Of a stretch of 64,000 nucleotides of DNA, positions 48,107 through 56,382 are shown piece after piece. The position numbers and the translations under genes were made by a program. The first letter of the stretch is position 1, and the number at the start of each line of letters is the position of its first letter. Source of the stretch: Anaerolineae bacterium (GTDB lineage Bacteria; Chloroflexota; Anaerolineae; Anaerolineales; Villigracilaceae); assembly GCA_030123675.1 (NCBI GenBank), contig JASJYH010000004.1:184-64183 (forward strand). The letters are read 5' to 3'. Under the pieces are notes generated by a model. The model was not told where the DNA came from and did not search any database. It was given only the letters and a program-made list of their open reading frames with translations.

Positions 48107-50037
48107 GATTTGCTCTTTTCCCCATTAACCTCAATCTCGATAGTTGCTTCAGAAGCATCTAACACTAGACCCAATTCTTTAACCACGGTTTGAAGTATTC
48201 CATCGATTGTTGTTGAACCCCAGATTTTATTTGTAATCTCATTAATAATATTTTCTCGGATAACAGTGGTTTGACTTTCTTTTATTAATCGGGCATTTTC
48301 AAGTGCAATAGCAGTCTGGGTACCAATTGCCTGCATCCAGGTTTCATCTTCTGGTGATAATCTTTTTTCCCCTGAGAGACTAAGCTTACCAATAACTTGA
48401 CCTCGAAGTGCTACCGGCACTTCAATTTTGGTCCCTTTTGACTTATCTGGTTCATTACCAACGGATATTGATAAGTCCCCAGGGGGTATATTTTTCTCGA
48501 GCCATGCTTCATGTAAATATTGTTTTTGATCTTTTCGCATTTCTTGTAAGCCCTGACTTATCTCTTGATACAGTGATGAATTTCCTATTGCTATTGCAAG
48601 CTGGTTTGCTAAGCCCTGCAAAGTATCAAGGTCTTTTTCGTTAAAATCAGCCTCTTTTGTTGATTGCAGATCGAGCGCACCAATAATGCGATCACCAATT
48701 ATTAATGGCAAAGATACTTCCGATCTTGTATATGGAAGCAGTGGATTGTTAAATTTTATTGCTTTTTCCCCAATGTCGAGTGCAATCTGTGCCTTTCGCG
48801 AACGAATACTTAACGCGATGAGGCCTTGGTCGTTTATGTCGAAGCGATGATTGCTTTCCACCAATACCCGACCGGCTTCGCCGCTCGCGCCCTTGAGCTC
48901 AATGTGTCGGCCGTTAGGGTCGGTAAGATAGATTGCAGCATAGTAGTACTCAAATTCTTCAACTATTATATTTACAACCTGATTAATAAGCTCCTTTGTG
49001 TCAAGAGTTGAAGTTGCAACAAGGCCAACTTTCATTATTGATTTTAACTGTGCTGTTCGGTCTACGATTTCCTTATCTAAACTAGTTTGCAAGCTCTCTA
49101 ACCTTGTGGCTAATCGATTGAAGTAAATAGCTAAGTCAGATATTTCATCTGACGAGGTTATATTGGCCCGTTGTGAGAGATCACCCAAATCAAACTTTTT
49201 AAAGGTTTCATTAATATTTTTTACCTGATCTGAAATAGATCGTGAAACAATTAGTGAAAGTAATAGCCCTAATAGAAGGATAACTCCACTCATCAAAATA
49301 AATTGAAATTGAAGGTCTTGTAATACCTTTTGGGCTGACACTTCTTGATTTAATGCTATAACTGCTTGGTTGTAACCTATTGGGCCAATTATTAATATAC
49401 TTGCCAAAAGAAGCAAAGAAACGAGTGCTTGTACTTTTATTCCTAATAATGGTACCGTCCGGTCTGATAATTGATACTCAAATTTTGTAGGAAATAATGC
49501 CAGTCTAGCCGGTATGAGCATTCGTTCAAGCAAATAAGTAGCTAGTAAGACTGTAGTGATAACCGAAACAATCCCACCGGTTAATGAAAAAATTACTTGG
49601 TCGAGAGACGAATTAAGTACATAATAATGATAAGAAGTGATTCCCGATACAATGATGATTAATGAAAAAAAACCTGATGTAAGTCCATAGCGCCAAGTAA
49701 ATCCTGTAATTTGTTTCCAGGCATTTTTTTGGAATTCGAAATCATCGTCTGATTTACCAATTTTCTTAATTTGTGTTAATCGCTTTCGTGCTATTTTGGA
49801 GGTCCCGATTGCATATATGAAGAGAATGAATGAGGTAACCAAAATCAACACTGGCAATAAGGTTGTGATTGAACTAAGCTGTTGAGCCCCAAAACTACTG
49901 TTCATTTGAATTGAAGCAACACCTAATATGGTTCCAGGAATGCCAATTAATTGTGAAATGGCTACACAAATAATCAGATACCAGCCCCCAGTTCTGTAAA
50001 ATATTTTGTTGAAAAAAGAACTCAATATTCGAATCAT
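48103..50037 (-). CDS. Receptor-like paralog 7: ~6 TM, HAMP, S-helix, GAF, C-terminal module
   Basis: 644 aa. HAMP (ISDQVKNINETFKKFDLGDL...), LDKEIVDRTAQL, GAF core FEYYYAAIYLTD...LPYTRSEVSLPL...IGALDLQS, and tail IGTQTAIALENARLIKE...EITNKIWGSTTIDGILQTVVKELG. Confidence 0.85.
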   Translation of the reverse strand: MIRILSSFFNKIFYRTGGWYLIICVAISQLIGIPGTILGVASIQMNSSFGAQQLSSITTLLPVLILVTSFILFIYAIGTSKIARKRLTQIKKIGKSDDDFEFQKNAWKQITGFTWRYGLTSGFFSLIIIVSGITSYHYYVLNSSLDQVIFSLTGGIVSVITTVLLATYLLERMLIPARLALFPTKFEYQLSDRTVPLLGIKVQALVSLLLLASILIIGPIGYNQAVIALNQEVSAQKVLQDLQFQFILMSGVILLLGLLLSLIVSRSISDQVKNINETFKKFDLGDLSQRANITSSDEISDLAIYFNRLATRLESLQTSLDKEIVDRTAQLKSIMKVGLVATSTLDTKELINQVVNIIVEEFEYYYAAIYLTDPNGRHIELKGASGEAGRVLVESNHRFDINDQGLIALSIRSRKAQIALDIGEKAIKFNNPLLPYTRSEVSLPLIIGDRIIGALDLQSTKEADFNEKDLDTLQGLANQLAIAIGNSSLYQEISQGLQEMRKDQKQYLHEAWLEKNIPPGDLSISVGNEPDKSKGTKIEVPVALRGQVIGKLSLSGEKRLSPEDETWMQAIGTQTAIALENARLIKESQTTVIRENIINEITNKIWGSTTIDGILQTVVKELGLVLDASEATIEIEVNGEKSKS

Positions 50038-50066
50038 TTTATTCCCTGTATTTTAAGCATCCACAA

Positions 50067-52172
50067 TTAGTCATCGGATTGAAATGTGCCAATTTCTATT
50101 TGTACATTCTGTGCGCCCGTAGCTCTAATTAGTTCATTAACAGTGGTTGAAATAATCGTTCTCATATCAGTAGAATGACGAATTTTACTCGTAATTTCAT
50201 TTAGCTGTCGCTCTCGATCTGCCTGCTTCCGTATCTGTTCAATTAATCTCGCATTTGCGATAATCGCTGCAAGACTTCCAGCTAGCGTTCCTAGCATTTC
50301 TTCGTCATTTTTTGTGTAGGCACCAACTTGTTCACTTTCAACATTTATTACCCCAAGTATGTCATTCCTAAATATTAGGGGAATTGCTAATTCTGATTTG
50401 GTGTTCGGGCTAACTTTTATATAACGTGAGTCTTGCGTGACATCCTCAATCCGCAATGTCTTACGGTGCTCAGCCACCCACCCAGTAATTCCATCACCGA
50501 ATGGTATTGATACAGCTGTTGATTCCTCAGAATATCCAACCCATGCCTTTGTAAGCAAATTTTTATGGTCCGAATCAGATAGCAATATAGCGACTCGATC
50601 CCCCCCCAAAGTCACTTGTAAACCATTAACTGTGCTTGATAAAGCCTCTTCAAGGGTTGTACCTGAAGCAGCCGATGTTGTGATGTGGTGAAGCAACCTG
50701 TGCTGTGAGAGATGTTCTTGAGTTTCTGCAAACAACTCAGAATTGTTGACTGCTATAGCCAGTTGATCGGCGAGGATTTGAAATGTTTCAATATCGTTGG
50801 TGCTAAATGAATATGGGATTGTGCTTTGCACGTCAAGCACACCAAGTATTCTATCTCCTATTTTTAATGGAATGGCTGCTTCGGCTTGTGTGTCTGGGAG
50901 TAAGGGATTAAGTTTATGTGTAGCATCCTTTGAGATGTCGTTCACAACTAAGGCTTCACCTTGGCCTGCAACATAACCAACGGTAGATTTTGATCCAACT
51001 GCGAGTTTATGAGCTTCGCGTTTCATCTTTATGCCGGCATCGCCAGTTGCCTCGCGCACAATTGCATTATTAGATAAGGGATCTATTAGAAATACGGCCG
51101 CATGATAAAAGTTGAATCTGTCCCGGATCAAATTAACTGCTCGCAACAAGAGCTCATTTAAATCAAGAGCGCTACTGATATCGCGAGCAATCTTAGCAGC
51201 GACTTGCACCTGTGAAAGTCGACGTTTTAGACTGTCGAAGCTACGTGCATTTTGCAAAAACCATGCGATTTTTTGAGCAAACTTTTCAAATTCACTTAAA
51301 TCTGATTTTCTAAACGCATTTTCATTCTTGGAGTCCTGCAAAAATAATGCCCCAACTACGTGGGTATCAATGATTAACGGAACACCCATCCATGATTTTG
51401 AGGGAGCGCCGATCCTTTTTGCCCCTGATTTTTCAATCTGTTCTTGGTTTTCTAGCAATAATGGCTTTTTTGTACGTATGATTATTGAAGCAAGTCCTTT
51501 TCCTAATGGGAACGGATCGATTGAACGAGTTACGCCATCTTCAACCATAAAAGGTATGCTGATAGTTTGTTTATTCTCATCGTAAAATGCGATGGTAAAG
51601 TCATCGTGGTTTAATAATATTTTTACTTGTTCATGTAGTGAGTTAAACACAACACTGATATCTTCAAAAGAACCTATAGCTTGGGTTTTATCGCTACCTG
51701 ATATTGAGTCTGAAGATGATTTGGAAATTTCCTCAATTAAATTCGCTTGGTTGAATATTGTTGTAACCAATCTCGCAGAATTGATATAAGGCTGTAAAGC
51801 AGTCTTCGTCAGCTTATGAACACCATTCCCACCAATGAGCAAAACCCCCTGGATCTTTCCTTGGCTTTCGATTTTAATTAAAGACAAATTTTCGGCCCCT
51901 ATTTGGGTTGCGAAATTGAAAATTTCAGGAATGTTAGTTTTTGTAGAGACCGAATCGATTTTTATTTTGTCTTCAAAAAAGTCATTGAAATATTCTGTAT
52001 TGACAGAAATACTTTTGGGTAGGTTTTCTTGGGTAACTTCCCCTGGAATGTTAGATACACTGATGAGTGATAAAGTCTCATTTTCAACCTTAAACACCGC
52101 TATTGGGAATTCTAAAGCTCCCAATGATTTTGATAGAGTTTTTAGGGTGGATGAAACAATATCAGTTCTCAT
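50067..52172 (-). CDS. Receptor-like paralog 8: soluble protein of about four GAF-like domains ending in the same C-terminal tail
   Basis: 701 aa, no TM. Third GAF FNFYHAAVFLID...LPDTQAEAAIPL...LGVLDVQS, fourth GAF ...TKSELAIPL...LGVINVES...IANARLIEQ, and tail RKQADRERQLNEITSKIRHSTDMRTIISTTVNEL. Confidence 0.85.
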   Translation of the reverse strand: MRTDIVSSTLKTLSKSLGALEFPIAVFKVENETLSLISVSNIPGEVTQENLPKSISVNTEYFNDFFEDKIKIDSVSTKTNIPEIFNFATQIGAENLSLIKIESQGKIQGVLLIGGNGVHKLTKTALQPYINSARLVTTIFNQANLIEEISKSSSDSISGSDKTQAIGSFEDISVVFNSLHEQVKILLNHDDFTIAFYDENKQTISIPFMVEDGVTRSIDPFPLGKGLASIIIRTKKPLLLENQEQIEKSGAKRIGAPSKSWMGVPLIIDTHVVGALFLQDSKNENAFRKSDLSEFEKFAQKIAWFLQNARSFDSLKRRLSQVQVAAKIARDISSALDLNELLLRAVNLIRDRFNFYHAAVFLIDPLSNNAIVREATGDAGIKMKREAHKLAVGSKSTVGYVAGQGEALVVNDISKDATHKLNPLLPDTQAEAAIPLKIGDRILGVLDVQSTIPYSFSTNDIETFQILADQLAIAVNNSELFAETQEHLSQHRLLHHITTSAASGTTLEEALSSTVNGLQVTLGGDRVAILLSDSDHKNLLTKAWVGYSEESTAVSIPFGDGITGWVAEHRKTLRIEDVTQDSRYIKVSPNTKSELAIPLIFRNDILGVINVESEQVGAYTKNDEEMLGTLAGSLAAIIANARLIEQIRKQADRERQLNEITSKIRHSTDMRTIISTTVNELIRATGAQNVQIEIGTFQSDD

Positions 52173-52178
52173 GGAAAA

Positions 52179-52628
52179 TTAACTCAATTCCCAAACAGGC
52201 GCACCCTCTAATATTTGGCGAATTTGTTCTGGAAAATGATCGGGGTCTAGAGGTTTTCCTAGGAATCCATCGAACCCTGCGGAACGTGCTTTCGCAAGCT
52301 GTTCGCTACTGGATTCAGCTGTGACTGCGACAATAGGGATGGATTTTAAGTGTTCTGTAGCGCGGATTTTTTTCAAAGCCCCATAACCATCTTCATATGG
52401 AAGGCGAATATCCATAAGAATTAAATCAAGACGAGGAAGAGTATCAGCATATTCTACTACCTCATAGCCTGAGGTTTTCCACTCACAATGAATACCAAGA
52501 TAACCGAGCATGCGAGCAATTAATACGAAATTAGATACATTATCTTCTACTACGAGGACAGTTGTATCCTTTGGAATTGCTGGTCTTCTGGGTTTTGTAT
52601 TAGTAGTTTTTGATTCAGTGTCTGCCAT
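52179..52628 (-). CDS. Single-domain CheY-like response regulator (receiver only)
   Basis: 149 aa. VLVVEDN, LILMDIRLPYEDG and FLGKPL motifs. Lies 6 nt upstream of paralog 8. Confidence 0.85.
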   Translation of the reverse strand: MADTESKTTNTKPRRPAIPKDTTVLVVEDNVSNFVLIARMLGYLGIHCEWKTSGYEVVEYADTLPRLDLILMDIRLPYEDGYGALKKIRATEHLKSIPIVAVTAESSSEQLAKARSAGFDGFLGKPLDPDHFPEQIRQILEGAPVWELS

Positions 52629-53004
52629 CTAAGCTCCTCAGGAAGTGCTCAATTTGACTCGAGAGCAAATCAATGTCTATTGGTTTTTGTATGTATCCAT
52701 CACATCCAGCTTCTAATGAGCGTTCGCGATCTCCCCGCATTACATTAGCCGTTAAGGCTATGATGGGAATATATTCAAGACCAGGTGTTTTTTTTATCTT
52801 GGAGGTTAGAGAATACCCATCCATATCCGGCATATTGATATCCATGAGAATTAGGTTAGGCTTGGTTTCGTTTAATATCTCCATAGCTTGAGCAGCATCT
52901 GTTGCTTCTAAAAGATCATATCCTTCAGACATTAGTATCCTTCTAACAAGTGTTCGGTTGTCGATATTATCCTCGACATATAAGATTGTGGCATTGTTTG
53001 ACAT
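52615..53004 (-). CDS. Single-domain CheY-like response regulator (receiver only)
   Basis: 129 aa. ILYVEDN, LILMDINMPDMDG, IALTAN and YIQKPI motifs. GGAG SD upstream. Overlaps the next receiver gene by 14 nt. Confidence 0.85.
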   Translation of the reverse strand: MSNNATILYVEDNIDNRTLVRRILMSEGYDLLEATDAAQAMEILNETKPNLILMDINMPDMDGYSLTSKIKKTPGLEYIPIIALTANVMRGDRERSLEAGCDGYIQKPIDIDLLSSQIEHFLRSLDGRH

Positions 53005-53604
53005 ATACCTTTTCTCCGCTAATGATTTTACATGTTGTGATTTTCATCTTTCATATCAGGTGCCTTGCAAATTAATTTCCTATAAAAATTATAGACAACT
53101 TGTATATAATCGGTTCGTTAATCTAAGAGGTTAATGAGGTTTTAGGCTTTGTCAAATAAATTATCGTACCGATAAGTGCTCATTTTCTCCTAATTAATTA
53201 TTGGATGGACCTTTGAATACGATCAGATTTTCTGAATAGGGAATATATAAGATTTATTAAGCCGCCCTTATGTAGGCCCGCTAGTTCTTAGTTGACTATA
53301 TAACATACCATTAATTGATGCATTATGCGATACCAATATTTTGTTGTACTGTTGGGTTTTGAAGCTAAAATTACATTACCTGCTAAGGCACACAACAATA
53401 TTTTATAGATACTGCCGGCTTTATATCCAGATGGGAAATTGTATTGTTGGGTAAAAAAATGGATCACCAATTTGATTGGGCAGAATTGAAGTGTCCATAT
53501 TTTCGATTGGAGTTAAGAGTGAAATTATGGGGAGCCTATTTTTCGACTAATCTGACGTCCCTACAGATCCAGTCGATGTCTGGCTATTCCCCCAATTCCT
53601 TTTA

Positions 53605-54099
53605 TTATTGCAGCCTTTCTTTGATAGCAAGAATTATTTGTTTTGCTTCAGCTTTTTCAAGTTCAATCCCAAATCGAAATGTTTTTGGACCATAATCAAA
53701 AGCCACCATGCCATTTAAGTCTAAGATATTTTGGAAACTTCTTATTATGTTAAACCGTGACCGTTTGTCAGCTACCCTTAAATCTTTAACTTTGCTCGCA
53801 GCGTATTCTCGTTTTCTTTCCCATCCGAATATTTATTTAGAAACCTTCAATACATTTGAATTTGCTTCTACTATTTCTCTTCCTGCAATTAACCAAAAAA
53901 ATGTGTAAAGACCTGCTACACACAACCCCAGCAGCGCGACGAGAAAGAGCAAAAGAATAATGCTAAATATGATAAAGACAGTTAGTGTTAGATACCCAGG
54001 CGGAGTATATTTTCCAATACCTACCGCTTGATACAGCCTCACAAAAAAAATGCCGTAAACTATATAGCCCCAAACAATTAACCAAAGGCCATGCCCCAA
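53605..54099 (-). pseudogene. Small membrane protein ORF interrupted by one in-frame TAA (possible pseudogene, or two adjacent small ORFs)
   Basis: The 88-aa two-TM ORF (53833-54099) ends ...NSNVLKVSK-TAA. The same frame then continues protein-like for another 75 codons (IFGWERKREYAASKVKDLRV...MVAFDYGPKTFRFGIELEKAEAKQIILAIKERLQ) to the TAA at 53605-53607. Confidence 0.35.
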
Positions 54100-54840
54100 T
54101 ATTTGAAGAGCATTTTTTTACTTGGAATGCTCAGACTAACGAGATTGTCTGATTTATTTATCGAGTGTCTTGAAGCTGGTAATGGAAGGGGCATAGGCTG
54201 ACCTTTGTCATATAGATAACAAAGCCTGTAGATGATCAATGAGTTTTAATTTCCACATAATTTTGCAACCAAAATCTTCGTGAGGTTCATTATCTCATAA
54301 TAAATTATTAAACAAATATACATTTCGTATTTTCAATAGTATTGTCATACTTAACTTATTAAGTTCACTTTTATGACCAACAATTAGCTGCAAGAACTAT
54401 GCCCGTCCAAGTTGATTTTGAATGGTGAAGTATCCATTTGCGTTAAGCAATTTCAGCCATCATTATTATGTTGTCCGGGTACAAGACAAGCTATAACTCC
54501 CCCGAATTTGAATGTAGGGAAAACCAGTAATGACAATTTAATATTTTACCTATAAAATAATTTCAACAAAGCGGATTATCTAAAGGAACCAAGAGCAGGT
54601 TGAATCTTTCGCCACAAGCCCTTCTGCGGGTGGCCTCTTTTAAAATTGTTTATCCCTTGAAGCTTACTTTGAAGCCCAGTGTTGTTTAATATCTGTAAAG
54701 AATTACGGATAGGAAAAATCGTTACAAATCACCTAGGATAAGTCCACATTCAATAATGAATCTACTTGACATTGTAGTTTAGATCATTTACGAAAGATTT
54801 GCGCTGGTGTTTACTTGGAGAAAGGTGAAAACCCAGCGAG

Positions 54841-54867
54841 GCCCGCCCCATCATGACCGGGGCGGGC
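54841..54867. terminator. GC-rich hairpin in an AT-rich spacer (possible terminator downstream of tRNA-Gly; orientation ambiguous)
   Basis: Stem GCCCGCCCC / GGGGCGGGC with a 9-nt loop. Short T-runs follow on both strands (CTTT on plus; GGGTTTT 7 nt away on minus). Confidence 0.35.
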
Positions 54868-55002
54868 TGCTTTAATTGTCAAATTCTAAGGATTTCGAAA
54901 AATTTATGGGATTAACTTCCGCTCATCGCAAGTGTAGTCGACATGGCGTGCTTGTTAAACACCCTAATTAGAGTAAGTCGATCTGTACAAGTGGGGATAA
55001 AG

Positions 55003-55074
55003 AGCGGGTGGTGGGGTTCGAACCCACGCATGGTAGCTTGGGAAGCTACTGCCTTACCACTTGGCTACACCCGC
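55003..55074 (-). tRNA. tRNA-Gly (anticodon CCC)
   Basis: Reverse complement: GCGGGTG-TA-GCCAAGTGGTAAGGC-A-GTAGC-TTCCCAA-GCTAC-CATGC-GTGGG-TTCGAAC-CCCAC-CACCCGC-T. The anticodon loop carries CCC and the discriminator is U. CCA is not encoded. Confidence 0.85.
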
Positions 55075-55277
55075 AGTAATTTTACCCGCCTCATTTCAAT
55101 AGCGCGATTATAGCCATCGGATTGGCCTGTGTCAAGTTGATGATTTTTGGATGTTTAATCAATATTTAACCGCCTCGAACTACAGAGTGCTGCGTAAATA
55201 GCAGAATTAAATATCTGTTGTATTAGAGTCGACCTGATAAGCAAGATTAGAGTATTATTCGAAAAGCAGTAACCTGG

Positions 55278-56291
55278 TTATTGCTCCCGATATATCAACT
55301 TATTGGCCAGTTCCATAAGGACTGCACCTGCCTCGCCTTGTGGATCGGCCTCTCGTAAACTGTTAAGCGCAAGGGTTGTCATTTGACGTGAGATTGCATG
55401 GGTGTACTCATAGGAACCTTCGGTGGCTAACAATTTTGCCAATCCTTCTACTTCGTCTGGTTTAATGTTTCCTTTTTTCCAGCGCTCAGCAAAGTCTCCT
55501 GATTGATTTATTCCATGAATGACTGGTAAAGATTTTTTCCCATTCAACAAATCGTTTGCCGCTGATTTCCCAGTAATTGCTTCATCGCCCCAGATTCCTA
55601 AAATGTCGTCCTGAACTTGAAATGCAATCCCGACCGAATGGCCAAATGAGCGGTAGGCATCGCACTGATTTTCATCAGCGCCTCCCAAAATTGCCCCAAG
55701 ATGGCAACTTGCCCTTAATAATGCTGCAGTTTTCCCAGCAACCATTGGCCAGTAATCTTCGACAGTTAAATCATCCCGTTCTTCGAATGACATATCAAGA
55801 AATTGGCCGCTAGTCAGATCGAGACTGGAGCCGTGTAATATGGTTGCCGCCTGTATGACTGTCTCGGCCGGGTAATCCTTTTTCAAATCCATTATTGCTT
55901 GGTTAGATAAAACAAACAATCCATCGCCTACATTTATCGCCATTGGCATGCCCCATTTCTTCCAGGTTGTAGTTCGTCCTCGGCGTGTGCCTGAGTTGTC
56001 TTGAATATCATCATGGACAAGGGAAAAATTATGTACCAATTCAATTGCACAGGCAGCCGGCAGTGCGTTTTCCCATTGTCCTTCACAAGCGGCGGTTACA
56101 AGTAATACGATTAGGGGACGTAGACGTTTGCCGCCCGCTTGTGAATTTGCTCCCTCCCCAGTCCACCCTAAATGGTAGGTGAGCATATCGTAAAATGGAC
56201 GCGTGTGTGGTTTATCTAATCTCGCAACTTGACTCTTGAGTTCTGACTCAATAGCAGGGAGCATTTCTTTTGAGAATTTCTCCAGACTCAT
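55278..56291 (-). CDS. Polyprenyl diphosphate synthase (trans-isoprenyl diphosphate synthase family)
   Basis: 337 aa. First Asp-rich motif LVHDDIQD and second QVQDDILG. Confidence 0.8.
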   Translation of the reverse strand: MSLEKFSKEMLPAIESELKSQVARLDKPHTRPFYDMLTYHLGWTGEGANSQAGGKRLRPLIVLLVTAACEGQWENALPAACAIELVHNFSLVHDDIQDNSGTRRGRTTTWKKWGMPMAINVGDGLFVLSNQAIMDLKKDYPAETVIQAATILHGSSLDLTSGQFLDMSFEERDDLTVEDYWPMVAGKTAALLRASCHLGAILGGADENQCDAYRSFGHSVGIAFQVQDDILGIWGDEAITGKSAANDLLNGKKSLPVIHGINQSGDFAERWKKGNIKPDEVEGLAKLLATEGSYEYTHAISRQMTTLALNSLREADPQGEAGAVLMELANKLIYREQ

Positions 56292-56382
56292 TGCTTAATC
56301 TCCTTGCTTAATCTCATCACTGGAATGAAAAGGGATTGATAAACAGGTTTCATGCGTGCGATTTTATCAGGTTTCTTCTCAT

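Noticed and set aside
35413-52172. The periodic similarity across 17 kb, considered as a DNA repeat array, CRISPR or mobile amplification
   Set aside because: The periodicity is at protein-domain level within long intact ORFs. The DNA copies are diverged, unit lengths vary from 1.4 to 2.8 kb, and there are no short direct repeats with spacers.
35413-52172. Annotating the paralogs as methyl-accepting chemotaxis proteins or as histidine kinases
   Set aside because: Despite the TM-sensor-TM-HAMP inputs, there is no MCP signalling hairpin, no H-box (HisKA) and no HATPase_c N/G boxes in any of the eight.
28735-53004. The cluster as a defence or mobile island
   Set aside because: I recognise no nuclease, methylase, toxin-antitoxin, integrase, transposase or phage-like gene. 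The content is purely sensory, phosphorelay and metabolic.
53133-53174. 13-codon ORF (MSTYRYDNLFDKA) preceded by AGGAG in the cluster upstream region
   Set aside because: The SD-to-ATG spacing is only 3 nt, and nothing else supports translation. It was noted only as a possible leader peptide.
53288-53908. ORFs 53288-53470 (-), 53444-53695 (+) and 53708-53908 (+)
   Set aside because: They are short, low-complexity translations in AT-rich DNA. The plus-strand ones are antisense to a more protein-like minus-strand frame, and there are no SD sequences or motifs.
54627-54634. GCGGGTGG match to the 3' end of tRNA-Gly, as a possible att direct repeat marking an integrated element
   Set aside because: This is only an 8-nt match, which is expected by chance a couple of times in 64 kb. 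No integrase or other mobile-element gene is present.
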